Notes: generated by a model not told the origin, from the sequence alone. 64,000 nucleotides of DNA from the human T2T-CHM13v2.0 reference genome, Homo sapiens (GCF_009914755.1 NC_060930.1), one strand, 5' to 3'. Shown: positions 28,597-45,171, numbered from the stretch's first letter. A program made the numbers and translations.

Positions 28597-30469
28597 GAAA
28601 TACACGTAAGTCTATGTAAGCAGGTGAGGATATATGTTGTAAAACAAAAATTGGGATTTACTGTTTAAATGCTGTCTTATAAACACATAATGTATTAAAT
28701 TTGCCTTTCCCCTCTCAATAATACATTTCTGTATAAATACATGCAAAAACATTTCATGAATAAATTAAGATTTAACTAAACCCTATTAGATTAAAAAAAT
28801 TTTTGGCTCTTACAAATAGTGCTTTCTTTAAATCTGTTAAAATACGTCTTCATGCATTGGTCCAATATTTAGCTTAAAAAGCTTTTGATACATAGTTGTC
28901 TATATGTCCATTAGAATTATAAAAGTGTACATTAATGAAGCATAGGGGACAGTGGTAATTATAGTTTTTGTCTGTTTACTACCTTTTTTTTTTTTTTTTC
29001 ATCTTCTGGTTCTTTGGGTGAACTATAACTCCTAACATCCTGCTCTGCCACCCATCCAGGGCCAGGATCCTGGTAGGGTTGTAAAGCACATAGCCTCCAT
29101 CCTCCCATTCCAGGATGTGCTTGTGATCCAGATTGGGCCAGAATATTTTCCCCAGACATTGCTGATAGAGCAAACTGGAGAAACTTATTTTATTTGCTTT
29201 TGGCTGTCTTCCCTGACCTTAAGGAGAAGCCCGTTTGTACAAAGAGGAACTGAGAAAAATACAGAGGGAAGTAAAGAGATATAGATGATAGCAGAGGGAG
29301 AGCTAGCTAGTTAGCTAGCTAGAAAGAAAACACTGGAGCCCCTGGATTGAGCCATGCCTGAAAGCTAGCACTGCCTCTAAACTCCCCAGTTATATGGGTC
29401 AATAAATTCCCATTTTTTGCTTGAACTAGTTTATATGAATCTCTCTTATTTATAAGCCAAACAGCTTTTATTAATACATAATGCAAATTCAAAATAAAAT
29501 ACAAAAATTCACCCTTCTTATCAGTAAATAATTTTAATAGTTATACAAACTAATTGCCTATTATGTGGTCCACAATTTTAAACATGTAAGCTCTTAAGTA
29601 CATGATTTATCACTCGCTTCTAACTATGTAAATATCTAACTTTGTAGGAATACTGCACTTTAGCAAAACATGATTTTTTTCAGAGACTGAATATTTAGAT
29701 AAGTAAAAAGTTTCTATGGCTTCACATTTCAAAATTTCATCCTATAATATTATTTCAAATTCTCAAGGTGCAGTGAAAATATGGTTGCAGTTATAAAAGT
29801 TCAGTTTACTCAGCTTTTCAAGAACACATTAATGTGCAAAGACACTATTACATAACTTTGCTTTGCAGTTGCACTTTTCCCATTTGAGAGAACTGTTCAG
29901 TCATACTTTTGTCATTATCTCTTAGTACTTGTATAGTTTTTGACACAATTGTTGTACCGTAGCATATAAAGCTACAGAAATATGATTGGCATTACTTTAT
30001 AAACTAAAGACACAAACACTGTTACATCTCTTATTTTTCCCATTTCTAGTTTGAAGTTTCACATGCCATATTAACTGAAAGCATTGTGTCTCTTCCTAAA
30101 CATCTTTACTCTCAAATTGTCAAAGAACTCTAGGAGATGATGGAATTAAAAGCAGGTCAGTCCTGGTGAACAGATGGCACTGAGGTCCGCAATAGCTCTT
30201 CATTGCCACAAGGTGTCACAGAAGGAAGAGCTTGCACAGACTGGCCACCCTCTGCTGTAGGGAGACCCTTGCTGGTCCAAACCCCTGTCTAAATAGCAAT
30301 GACATCCCTCTGTAGTTCATTCCCATTCCCTGAGGATCATCTGTTATTTTCTAAAACACAGCCAGCCTATGAGCGTTGCTGGATCCAGGGAAACAAGTAT
30401 TGCCCATGTCCAAACCAGCCCTATTCCATGAACGCTTAAGTCCTTACCTTCTTTTAGAGGGTTAGGGAG

Positions 30470-31010
30470 AGCTTTCAATTTTTATATAATTTTAAACTTT
30501 CAGAATAATTGCAAAAATAGTATGAGAAACTTCTGTATACCATTTCCCCAGATTCGCCAATTGTTCACACACACTTTTTTTTTTTTTTTCTAAACCACTT
30601 AAAAGTAGGTTGGAAACATTTCAGTGTGTATTTCCTAAGAACTAAGACATTCCCTTACATAATCAGATAAAGTCATCAAAATTAGGAAATCTATATAAAA
30701 CTTATCTAATTCAGGGTTTGTATTAAAATTCCTGCAAACTATCCCAATAGTTTTTTACAGCTAATTTTTCTGCTAATTTCAGATCCAATCCAGAATCATA
30801 TATTACACTTAGCTGTGATGTCTGCAGAAATACCATAGGAGTGATGTTGTGTCCTTAGTGACCATGACAGGAGATGCATTAATCTATTTTCCTTATCTAT
30901 TGGTCTTGTTAACTTTGATAACTAGGTCAAGGTGGTGTCTACCAGGTTTCTCCACTGTGTAGTTTTCATTTTCCCCTTTGTAAATAAGTGATTTGTGGGA
31001 ATACACTTCA
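30470..31010 (-). mobile_element. Old L1M 3' fragment
   Basis: L1M-like motifs (cagtgtgtatttcctaagaac..gacatt; aaggtggtgtctaccaggtttctccactgt). Confidence 0.55.
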
Positions 31011-31598
31011 AGACTCCCCATGTGGTTCCTTAGTGTTTCTCACAGAATGGTTAGATGGGTTCTAAGAATGGATGTACCAATAGAGTTGAAGAAGATGGCA
31101 TTTTTATGATCTTGCCTCAGAAGTCGCATAACTTTACGGCCCTTCTTGGATGAAGCATTCACAAAGGTGCACCCAATTTTAAGATGGGGGGACATAGAGC
31201 CCACTACTCCAATGTCAAGGTGACATTTCAGAAAAGCATCGTGGATTGAAAGGATTATTGCAGCCAACTTTGAAATACTCTGTTAGCCACACTGGGCAGT
31301 ACCATGCCTACTGAATCATAGCCACTTACTCCCAGCAGTACCACCCTCCCACTCTGTGTCCAGTCTGTTTAATTTTAGGCCTCTGTGAACCCTCTTAAGA
31401 TTGGCATTCTCAAGAGAGGCCTGGGATTAACATCCAGTGAATTTGTTGGGGCCCAGTTGTCTCATGTGCCTGTTGCTGCCACTGTGCAGTGCAGCAGATG
31501 ATGGGGGTGGCATCTGCCTGTGAGTCATGTTAGCAAAGAGGAGAACAAAGGCAAGTAAAAAAGACCCTAATATTGCCCTTTATCCCAGAGCCACTTAA

Positions 31599-31909
<311 letters not shown>

Positions 31910-32580
31910 CAGCAGTTGACCTTCTAACCTCCTTTATTTTCAGTTATCTTTGGATGCCACTTGTACACACTGGTCCTAGGATCTATGCTCAACTCACAGT
32001 TGACTTTTCCCACCCTCTGCCCCAAGGCCATCTAAATTCCACACTGTGTATATGCTTCCTGAGACAGTGGAAACTTTTGGAACTCTGTGTTCCAAACATA
32101 GAATAGAACTCTATGTTCTACTCCATGAATGGGCTGAGACTTTACAAATTTTCTACTTGTAAAGTGTATTTAGCAGCTGTGGGAATAAGAAGTTGGTGAC
32201 TTCTTAGGTAGTAATCTGCCTCATCATATTGATCTAGTATGAGGTAGCCAAAAATATATGTTTTTATGAAAGAATATTGTATATATATGTACACTACAAA
32301 TTGGCAAAAGATTTGAAAAGACACTTCACCAAAGAAGATTTGCAGATGTCAGGTTCTTTAAAAAGTACTCAACCTCAATCACTAGGGAAATGCACATCAA
32401 AACCACAATGAGATGCCACTATACACCTGTTAAAATGGCCACAGTTAGAAAGACTGATCACCTCAAGTGTTAACAAAGATGTGGGGCAATTTGAGCTCTT
32501 ATACACCACTGTTGAGAATGTAAAATGGCACAACCACTATGGAAAACAATTTGACAGTTTCTTTTAAAAGTTAAACATTT

Positions 32581-32880
<300 letters not shown>

Positions 32881-32887
32881 TTCGTCA

Positions 32888-33010
32888 ACCAGGCACAGTG
32901 GCATGTACCTATAGTCTTAGCTTTTTGGGAGCCTTAGATGGGAGGATCGCTTGAGCCCAGGAGTTTGAGGCCAGCCAGGGCAATCTAGCAAGACCCTGTC
33001 TCTAATTTTT
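32888..33010 (+). mobile_element. FLAM/Alu left monomer
   Basis: ggaggatcgcttgagcccaggagtttgaggccagcc. Confidence 0.75.
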
Positions 33011-33572
33011 TTTAAAGTTAAACATACATCTATCTTGTGATCCAGCCATTCCACACCTAAGTATTTATTTAAGAGAAATAAGAGGATACAAACATATAAA
33101 GATTTGTACATGAATGTACATAGGGGCTTAATTTATAATAGCAAAATACTTGAAAAATCCAACAACCTGTCCATTAACAGGTGAATGGCTAAACAAATTG
33201 TGATATAGCCATGCAATGTGATACCATTCTGCATTAAAAAATGAACTATTGATATATGAAGCAACATAGATGATTTTCTATTGTGCTTAGTAAAAGAAGC
33301 TAGACAAAAATAAATACATACTGTATAATTTCATTTATATTAAATTCTAGAAAATGCAAACTATAGTGATAGCACATCAGTGGTTGCTTGGAGATGGGAG
33401 GAGCAGTGGGAGGAGCAGAAAGGGAAGGATTACAAAGAGGCAAGGGGAAATTTTTGGAATTTACGGATATATTCATTATCATGACTGTGTGGATGATTTC
33501 ATAAGTGTATATGCAGGTCAAAACATCAAATTGTTTATTTTTAATATGTGCAATGCAGCATGTTGTACATAA

Positions 33573-33969
<397 letters not shown>

Positions 33970-35631
33970 AAGTCATATTTCTTTTTAAGAGACTCCCATT
34001 CCATCTATTCTTTGATCTCTTCAGGATCTCCACTGTGATACATTTAAGAATTCTGAGGTGCTTTGTCTAAAAGGACCATAGTTACATTATGAGGAAATCT
34101 GATGGTCTGCTGAAGCAGCCCATTTGCTGCTGCTGTTGCTGTTCCCATCAAGGAGTCTTCAAGGTGCCAGATAAGGAGAGGCCCTGGCATCAGCCACATG
34201 CTCTGCCCAGAACAAGTGCTGTCTTCTCAATTTACATCCAAGAATATATATAGTCTACTTCTTTTAACTGCACACAGATTATTTGCTCCATATAGATAAC
34301 CAAGGACATTATGGCCTAGAAAAGCAGTGCTGTAAATGATAGTATAATTCTCAAAATCTAGATCTTCAATAATAAATAATTTCATAACAGGGCCACCACC
34401 TAAGTTTTCTTCTATTGAAAATCTTTTCTTCTGATTTTTTTTTTAGGGAAGGATCTAAATCTCCATTTAATCAATGTTTATTTTTCTCCATAGTCCTTAA
34501 AATCCTAGGCTTTAGCATCTGTCGTAGATTTAAGTGAACTCAGACTAATCTCTGAGAACAATGGATGGTTACTTGCTTTATTTTTATAAATAATTTCGTA
34601 ACATTTTTTCCAAATGAAGGGCATCAAGTCCAAATGCTGTCTTCCTCTCTAGGGAGTGAAACTGCCATTAACTGCAAAAGGGCATTCCCTGGTTGAAACA
34701 AATATGTATGTTAAGTTTTCCTCAAAGAAGCATCACACGCCCTGGAGACAAGAACTTGGAACTGGCCTTGGGATAGGTAGAGGATTGGCCTCCATGTATC
34801 TTCAAGTGATGAAAATGCAGAGGTTCTCATGAAGGGGACCCCAGAACCTGTGCCATCTCAGTCATCCTTCCCCAGGGGAAGGTGCTCTGTGGATGCTAAA
34901 TTCAAACAGCTGAGATAGGAGTGGAGGCTCTTAATGCATAAGGGAAGTCCAGGGGTCAGAGCAGCCAAGGCCCTTCAGCTCCTTAATATTTCTAATATTA
35001 GACACACAAACAAAAAGCAGTCTGGGAGTTTGTAAGAATAGGCTAGCCAATCCAGTGACCCCTACTCATAGCTAGATGTGCTTCTTCTAGATGAATTCCA
35101 GTGGCAGAGAAGAAGGAGGGAGTTCCTGTACAGTGATTGCAAGGCCGAAGATGTGAGTTTGCTACCATTTGTCATCCAAAGCTGCCTAAAAATGTAGGGG
35201 CAGCTGTGTGGTTGGGCTCTTCAGAACTGCTTTGTTACTGTCCCAACCACTGTTTAGGGCTGTGTAAACTAGGTCCACTCCTCTCCTTTGGCATACACTC
35301 ACCTGCTGAGACACAAGCAGGAGCTGGAATCCATTGTTCATCCTCTGTCAGTTAGGAGGGGCTTTGAAGTGCTGGCCACGTAGGGGGTTTTTGTGAGTTT
35401 CCAGGCCGTCTGCTCCATGGGTGCCAATACATTTGGAGGATGATGCCAGGTAGCAGCCTGAAGAAGAGCTGGGAGACCAATGGCCAACATACAAAAAAGC
35501 TCCCATGGTGCTTGCCCTGGCCTTTTCCTAGTTGTGGCAGTTGTAGAGATTTGACACATTCAAGATGACCATACCATGAAAGCCAGCACAATTAATTATG
35601 GGCCATTTTGAGGGTACTGGGGCTCACATGT

Positions 35632-36009
35632 TGATATGGTTAGGCTTTGTGTCCCCACCCAAACCTCATCTTGAATTATAATCCCCATAATCCCCACCTG
35701 TCAAGGGAGAGACCAGGTGGAGGTAATTGAATCATGGGGGTGGTTCCCCCATGCCATTCTCGTGATACAGTGAATTCTCATGAGATATGATGGTTTTATA
35801 AGGGGCTGTTCTCCATTTTGCTCAGCACTTCTCCTTCCTGCTGCCTTGTGAAGAAGGTGCCTTGCTTCCCCTTTGTCTTCTACCATGATTGTAAGTTTCC
35901 TGAGGCCTCCCCAGTCATGCTGAACTGTGGGGTTAACTAAACCTCTTTCATTTATACATTACCCAGTCTTGAGCAGTTCTTTATAGCAGTATGAAAATGG
36001 ACTAATACA
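35632..36009 (+). mobile_element. THE1-type MaLR solo LTR
   Basis: tgatatggtt...gactaataca termini; 5-bp TSD catgt. Confidence 0.88.
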
Positions 36010-37782
36010 CATGTCCACAGTTACTGGTTTTATGAACTTAAATCTTTTTATAGTAAATATAAAATTCCGGTGCCAGAGTTCCCTATGAACTACCAAAAAA
36101 AGCAGTTACACAGGTAGGTGTCATTGTGGCTTCCAGCAGCTTACATGTTGAAATTACCCAGATTTAGGGAAGTGCTTTTTGATTCCACCAAAAAGCTGAA
36201 GAATCTAAATGAGGTATAGATGGGGCAAAAAACCTCTAGTTAGCAGTAACCTTTGCCAAGGAAGGGTTAATGGGGGTCTGAGAAGAAACTAAAACCCCAA
36301 ATTTAAACACTTGTGATTATCTGTGCTCTGTGGTCCATAAACACCAATTATCAAAGTTGCGTGTAATACTTTATATTTCATAGTACAGTATAATTCTGTG
36401 AATTGCAGTGTTGAAAAATCTATAAAGTAGAACAAGCCATTGAATTAGCTAAGATGCTTTGGGCTAAATGTAACTGAAATGATAATTCAAAATGGCTTAA
36501 GCAATGAAGACATTTATTATCTCCTTAACAGGGAATCTAGAATAGGGTAGGCTTCAGGGTTGGCTGATGCAGCAGCTCTGCAGTTTTGTCAGAGCCAGGT
36601 TCCTTAGATGACATTTTCTACCATCCACAGAGTTAGTGTCATCCTAAGGTTGGTGTCAATTAGGGCAATGGTCGTCCTTCTTCTCATCTAGTAAGACAGA
36701 GGAAGATACGATGGGGTCTAAGTTCTTCTTGTCAGTTTCCTTGGCCAGGCTTGATCATAGGCCCACGCTGAACTGGTAATTGTGGCAGTGGGAAAGACAT
36801 GCACTTCTTGGTTTAGAGTCCAGAGGTTTCCATCTTACGCTGAGAATGGGTTACACATGTAGAGATATTGATCCCTTCAGGCCTTAGGGCTGCCATTTTT
36901 TCTTGCCCCAAAGCCACTGTCGCATCTCGCCAGTCATCTCCAAGCAGAGTGGCCTCTTCCTTTTATCCTACAGGCTATACAAGCACTGTTTTTTTTTTTT
37001 AATTCGTCACATCACAAAAAAATCTAGAAGCATTGGCTTAGGTGATGGATACAGTCCCTTTCCAGAAGCATGGAGATGTGTAGAACAGAAGTATATCTCT
37101 TACTAATATCAGGGTAAGAAGGAAGAAGGGGTCATGGATGATGCATACAAAACTTCCATGCCCACAGGATATAAATAAAATCCAAATCTGATAATCATTT
37201 ATTAGACCTATAAAAATCAAGTCAAAATTTCCTCAAAAGATTGAAAAATCCTTAAAATGGTGAAGAAGATTGCCAAGCCAAGAAAGGGCACTGAATGAAT
37301 GTAAAGTCTTTCAAAGTGTGATTGTTTTAGGTAAAGCAATCTGATGAATTCTTCTGTTTTCATATTACATACAATATGTTTATGTTTCAGTATCTCTCAT
37401 GTGCTTTCGTGATTTTGATATCTTTAATAGAGTATTTAGATATTTTATTGTTTAAGAGTAGATGATACTTAGAAAGCATTCATCCATGTCAGGCAAGAAC
37501 TGTATTAATTCATTTAATCTTCACTATAGGCCCATGATGATATACAATTTTTAAATCCATTTTGCAGATGAGAAAATTGAGAAATAGAGAGGTTAAGTAA
37601 TTTGCCCAATAAAACACAGCTAGTAAGCACCAGAACCTGTGACTGAACCCAGAAAATTTAGTTTCCAAATTGTTTTTATTATAAGTTGATTCAGGATGCT
37701 CTGGAAGACACAGTGGTCTAATCCAGTGGGTACTAAATGTTTGTCTATGAGCTGCAATAAAAAAATAAAATGTTTATTATAA

Positions 37783-38179
<397 letters not shown>

Positions 38180-38322
38180 TGTTCTATTCTTTAAAAAATC
38201 AGCTGTGACCCACAAAATTAATTCTAGGACTAGTAATGGGTCACGATAAACAATTTTTAAAGCCCTGGTAATATAATAGGATTGAATACAGCAATTACGG
38301 GGATGACTTAGATGCTCAATGG

Positions 38323-38691
38323 TTGTTTTAGTCTGTTTGCGCTACTGTAACAAAATGCCATAAACTGAATAGCTTATAAAGAACAGAAATTTTTTCTCAC
38401 AGTTTTGAAGGCTAGGCAGTCCAAAATGAAGGCACCAGCAGATTCAGTGTCTGGTGAGGACCTGTTCCTGGTTCATAGACAGCCCTCTTCTCTCTGTGTC
38501 CTCACATGGTCAAAACGGAGAGGAGGCTCTCTGGAATACCCTTTATAAGAGCACTGATCCCATTAATGGGGGCTTCACTCTCATAACCTAATCACCTCCC
38601 AATGGCCCCACCTCCTGATACCATCACCTTAGGGGTTAAGATTTCAACATATGAATTAGGAGGGTTAGGGGAGAAACTTCAAACCATAGCA
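38323..38691 (-). mobile_element. MLT1A-like MaLR solo LTR
   Basis: tgttttagtctgttt...aacagaaattttttctcacagttttgaaggc...caaaccatagca. Confidence 0.75.
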
Positions 38692-39162
38692 GTGGTCATT
38701 TTTGAGCCAGAGGTCTAGTTCAGGAAAAACACGGAGGTGGCAGGCTGAAGATTAAAGGCATAACTGGGTTCCAAAGGAAACTGATCTCAAGGTTCCAAGA
38801 GAACTTTGAAGGGTTTTGAGTTGTGAGTAATTAACTGGATATAAGAGCTGGGAGTCAGTAGCAAATAGTGGAAAACCAATCAAAGGTATGTGGATGAGAC
38901 CACTGGGGAAGAATGTGTGAAGTGGGAAGACAAGAGGCCCAGAACAGAACTGCAAGGAATAGCAGTGTTTATAAGAGGAGGTGAAGAAGTGCCTGCTGGA
39001 GAGGAAACTGTGGAACTGGAGTAGGAGGAGGCCACAGGGAAGCATGGTGTCAACAGAAGCCAAGAGGGTTTGGAGATGTAGCTGGTGTCAGCTACAGCAA
39101 AGTGATCACATATCAGAGGTGCTGAAAATAGTTTGTTGGATCAGTATTTATGATTCAATAGC

Positions 39163-39404
39163 ATATTAATTTATTCTCATGCTGCTAATAAATACATACC
39201 CAAGACTTGGTAATTTATAAAGAAAAAGATTTTTAATGGACTCAGTTCCACATGGCTGGAAAGGACTCACAATCATGGCGGAAGGCAAAGGAGGAGCAAA
39301 GGCATGTCTTAACATGGTGGCAGGCAAGACAGTATGTGCAGGGGAACTGCCCTTTATAAAACCATCAGATCTCATGAGACTTTTTCCCTATTACAAGAAC
39401 AGTA
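39163..39404 (-). mobile_element. Truncated THE1 LTR
   Basis: catgctgctaataaatacatacccaagact...ccctttataaaaccatcagatctcatgagact; stops abruptly at L1 sequence. Confidence 0.8.
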
Positions 39405-39407
39405 CAA

Positions 39408-40363
39408 ACAGACAAAAATTCCATGCTCACAGATAGGAAGAATCACTATTGTGAAAATGACCATACTGCCCAAAGTAATTTATAGATTCAATGCTATTCC
39501 CATCAAGCTACCATTGACTTTCTTCACAGAATTAGAAAAAACTACTTTAAATTTCATATGAAACCAAAAAAGAGCCATATAGCCAAGACAATCCTAAGTA
39601 AAAAGAATAAAGCTGGAGACATCATACTACCTGACTTCAAACTATACTGCAAGGCTACAGTAACCAAAACAGCATGGTACTGGTACCCAAAGAGATATAT
39701 AGACCAATGGAACAGAACAGAGGCCTCAGAAATAACACCACACACCTACAACTGTCTGATCTTTGACAAACCTGACAAAAACAAGAAATGGGGAAAGGAT
39801 TCCCTATTTAATAAATGGTGCTGGGAAAACTGGCTAGCCATATGCAGAAAACAAACTGGACCCCTTCCTTAAACTGTATACAAAAATTAACTCAAGATGG
39901 ATTAAAGACTTAAACATAAAACCTAAAATCATAAAAACCCTAGAAGAAAACCTAGACAATACCATTCAGGACATAGGCATGGGCAAATACTTCATGACTA
40001 AAACACGAAAAGCAATGGTGACAAAAGCCAAAATTGACAAATGGGATCTAATTAAACTAAAAAGCTTCTGCACAGCAAAAGAAACTATCATCAGAGTGAA
40101 CAGGCAGCCTACAGAATGGGAGGAAATTTTTGCAATCTATCCATCTAATAAAGATCTAATATCCAGAATCTACAAGGAACTTAAACAAATTTATAAGAAA
40201 AAAAATAACCCCATAAAAAAGTGGGCAAAGGATGTGAACAGACACTTCCCAAGAGAAGACATTTATATGATCAACAAACATATGAAAAAAAGCTCATTAT
40301 CAGTGGTCATTAGAGAAATGCAAATCAAAACCACAATGAGATACCATCTCATGCCAGTGAGAT
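39408..40363 (+). mobile_element. L1PA ORF2 C-terminal fragment (frameshifted)
   Basis: ORFs 39334-39561, 39558-39872 and 39979-40365 encode L1 ORF2p motifs ([56 protein letters not shown]). Confidence 0.93.
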
Positions 40364-40674
40364 GACATTGAGGGTCTTAATTGACCACAAAACTCAATAT
40401 GGATGAAAATATGAAGTAGCTACCAGAAAATTGAATGCCATTTTAGACTGCATTAATAAAAAATTGTGTCTGGAGAAGGTTTTGGAGTATTGCACCTACA
40501 AACCATCTATAAACAATTATAAAACAATGAAGGCCATGTGCTCAAACTAGTCAAAAACTAAAATAGAAGGAAAAATAGGATAGAGAAGGAGATGGCCTTT
40601 GAAATGGGCCTTGAAATATTCGTAGAATTTTGATAGGTAGAGATGGCAGTCAGACATTCCAAACTGACTTAATG

Positions 40675-40845
40675 TGTTTTTGTTTTTGTTTTAATTTTAG
40701 AGACAGGGTCTCACTCTGTCACCCACACTGGAGAGCAGTGGTACAATTATGGCTTATTGCAGCCTCAAACTCCTGGGCTCAACAGATCCTCCTGCTTTAG
40801 CCTCCCAAGTAGCTAGGGCTACAGGCACAAGCCATCATGCCCTGA
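40675..40845 (-). mobile_element. Alu right-arm monomer (FRAM/AluJ fragment)
   Basis: agagacagggtctcactctgtcaccc...ctcctgggctcaa. Confidence 0.75.
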
Positions 40846-41261
40846 GGGTCAGCTGCAGCCCTGTTTTAGAAATAGTTTGGAATCAGGGGCTAGAACAGCA
40901 GCCAGGATTCTGGCTTTCTCTCTCACCTCACTGTTGTCTTCATGCCTGCTTCATTCATCTCTTTTTGCAGATTGGCATCCTCTGCTTCTGCAGAAAACAT
41001 GGCTACCAACAGCTTCTGTATCCACCTGCGGAGGAGACTGACTGCTCTGTTATTCCCCCAGCATCTGTGAAGAGGCTCTGACTGGCTAAAGTGTTGGTAT
41101 AGTGATCACCCCAGGGTTAGGCAACCATGGCTGGTGAAAAGGAAAAACGTTATGAACCTGGCTGTGCGGAGCTACCTGAGGAAGCTTGTAGGAGAAGGGT
41201 CAGTTTGCAGAGAAAGGGGGGCCTGGGCAGATGACGCAAGAGGTGCCCATTACATCCCTCT

Positions 41262-41461
41262 AGAGGTGAGCTGTCTAAAATGGTAGGCACTGGCCACCTG
41301 TACTTATTTAATTGTAAATGTAAATTTCTTAAAATTTCCTTAGACACATTAGCCTCATCTCAAGTGCTCAATAGCCACATGTGGCCAGTGGCTACTGTAT
41401 TGAGCAGTAAAGATATAGGACATTTCCCTCATTGCAGACATAGTGGACACCTCTCCTCTAG
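41262..41461. mobile_element. MER3/MER33-like hAT MITE
   Basis: caagtgctcaatagccacatgtggccagtggctactgtattg. Confidence 0.65.
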
Positions 41462-41616
41462 AGTTATCTGTGGTTCTACCAGCAAAAGCCCAGGTGTTCC
41501 AGCTAGAGAAACAGCAAATTTCTCTGGGACATGAACAACTAGAAAACATCTCACCTTGTCCTCCAATAACTTGGAAAGAATTTTTTTTGGTTGGAGACCC
41601 CAGAACTGGTTCTTGC

Positions 41617-41941
<325 letters not shown>

Positions 41942-42187
41942 TGATTATATCCGATTTGAGCACTGAGCAAAGCCTCCTAATCTCATCATGCCTGAATTCT
42001 TAGACTACCTTACCCCCAAATTTCAAAGATAATTAATTCAGTCATCCATCTCATCTTTGTTATGCCAGGATACCAGACAAATGCAATTCCTTTTAGTTAA
42101 CTGTCTTGTCCAGTTCCCGTAATGTTCCATTTCTTCTGCTGGTTTCCTTCTTAGTCTTGTCCATTATGCCTTATCAAAACTTTACAT

Positions 42188-42612
42188 GGCAGAGATGGCT
42201 AGCTGTCCCCTAAAATTCAGCATCCCCTTTCACAGTGTAGAGATGTCAGTTGAATTTGGCCGCCCAGCCAGGAACCGCATCTTCCAGCCCTTCCTGCATC
42301 CAGATTATGCCATGTGACTAGTTTTCATCAATGAAATGAGAAAGAGATTTATGTCACCTCCCAGATGGGGTTTTTTAAAAGCATGATTGTTTTCTCTACT
42401 CTCTTCCCCTATCTGAATAGGAAGGAGTCTGTAGCTTTAGGGGAAGACAGAGCCACAAGATGGAAGGAGCTTGGATGTCTGAACTATTCCATGGAGAAAA
42501 GCTGCAGCCAACGAAGAACACCTGCAATGGACTCTTAACCTGGGGGTGACGACAACCACTGAAATGTGAGGGCTTATTCGTTAGCATTTGTCTAGCATTA
42601 CCCTAACTGATA
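42188..42612 (+). mobile_element. MLT1-type LTR
   Basis: gccatgtgactagttt...cagagccacaagatggaaggagcttggat...taccctaactgata. Confidence 0.6.
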
Positions 42613-42737
42613 TCTAATTAATTTCCTTACATCCTCAAACTTCTTGCCTTAAATTTAATCTCCTGCCTGTCCCCCAGGAGTTCAGTTCCCCTCAAGCTTC
42701 TGGAAGAGAGGCTGCTCATTCTTCCACAACACCCTAG

Positions 42738-43140
<403 letters not shown>

Positions 43141-45171
43141 TAGTTGGTGTTCCACACACAGATTGGCATTGACATTGTTATAGAGCCTGCCTGTGCTCAG
43201 GGAGAGAATTTGAGGATGAAAGGGAATATTGGCATCAGTGTCTATGGCAACCTAAAGAAATGTATATGAATTTGCGTATACATCAAGCTCTCTAATTACC
43301 ATGAGGAAAAACATGAATTCTTTCCCAGTCTGGTCCCTCTTATTAGTCTCACTTTTCTTTCCCCCATCCACCAACTGCATCATCTGTCCCATTTCCATGG
43401 GGTGTGTGGGCAGCTGAGGGAGATCCAGCATAAGACATCAGTGCTGAAAACCCTAGCCTGGAAACACCAAAGGCCAAATGAGACTCCATCACAGAATTTC
43501 TAACACATATATCCAAGGTGCAATGACCCAGTTTGTCAAACCTTTAGATTATGTGATAATTTACTGATGATTCACTTTAGAGATTTGAAAATAAAAGTAC
43601 TTTTATATTTTTGTTTTTCTGAAAATGGTCCCAAAGTTCAATGATTTTCTTGCATATCTCAAATATTACAATGGGGTGATTTAAGGCCAGCACATTTTTG
43701 CAGGCTATCTGAAAAGAACTTACTTTTCCATAAAGCCCTCTAAGTTTCTTTGCCCTTATTAGATTTATAGCTGATTCTTTCAAAGCTGACTGTGACCTTG
43801 ACCTGCAGACAAAAACAGCAAAATATAAATTTTGTGGAAGGCAGTAGCACTGTCTTTCTTGGATAAAGTCTGCATCTCCTACCAAGAAAAAATCTAAGAG
43901 GTATTGCCAAGCTAATGCACATGGTTAAAGTAACTGCCCCATTGCCCCTTTTCTTTCTTTCTTTTAATTTTTTTGTTCTAGGTTTACTGCACTTGCCTCT
44001 AGCAGTTATGGAATTCTATGCCACTCAAATCCTCTATCTGTTGCAAAAATGTGCATCCCAAGATGGTGCTCTTGAGCTGTGGTGCAGTATCTTCAGACAG
44101 ACACTGTGGGTCCCACAATGAAGCAATGGAGAAAAAAGACACCACTAAAGAACCACCAGGGTGCAGCATTCCTGAGTGGCAGAAGCCATGCAGGAAATGG
44201 CAGTATGTACAGCTGGCACTTCGAAGAACAATGAATTCCTTCAAGGCTCTGTGCAGACATTTCAAACAGTGGATACCAGACAGGCTTGGCATAGCTTAGA
44301 CTCAATTATAGCTAGAATTACTTTATTTCTGGGTAGGTAACTGAGAGAAGCAGGAATTGTGCATGTATCTCCATATGGTTTTATTTTTAAAGAATGAAAT
44401 AGCAACAAATATAAACAACTGCTGTAACAGCAAAGAGCATAATTTCTTCTAAAATGAGGATTATATTTAGAACACTCCAAATGGGGACACACTGTCTGAC
44501 AAGAAGTCAGAATATCGGAAAATGGAAGTGTCTTACTTAATTAAATAACCCTGAAGTAATTTAATATCATGAGTAGGTGAGACTTTTAAAAAGGGTTAAA
44601 CAAAGGCATATCCCTAAGTAGAAATATGTAGCCCTATCACCTGCAAAATTGTCATAAATCTTTGTGTTTTATTTTCACAGATGCTGCATCTTAGTCCAGG
44701 GATTTTTAAAGTGTGGTTCCTGGAAGAGCTGGATCAGAGTCATCTGTGTTGATGGTTTAACATAAAGATTTTTGAGCCCCAAGACTCAAGTAGGACAAGG
44801 AATTTGAATTTTTAAGCAGCTCACCTGACTTGTCTGTCCTCTAATGTCTGAAGACATCTGACCTCTGCTCTTTCAGTAAAAGCAACAATGGTTTTATGAG
44901 CATTGTCGTCACATCTCTCCACTCAAGGGATCCTTCTCATTTCTCCCAGCTGAGGTCACCCACAGCTGCTGCTTCTAACTGCTGGCTTCCAGCCTGCTGT
45001 CTGCCAGCTGGCTCTACCCTCTCCTATAACACAGCAGAGAGTAGCTGTGGTCTCCTGCGTGCTCACCCTCTGCTCCCTTGGTCCTGCTCCATGCTTTGGT
45101 CCTGCACTTAAATTTTACAAGCATACTCTCTTTCTCTTAAGGTAAGCAACCATTTTAAATCTCAGCGGTAA

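Noticed and set aside
35352-35591. GHLECVKSL resembling an ankyrin repeat (possible pseudogene)
   Set aside because: Single short motif with no TPLH, no second repeat and no poly-A or TSD; probably chance.
44018-44299. 93-aa ORF in unique sequence
   Set aside because: No recognisable homology or domain; length within chance expectation.
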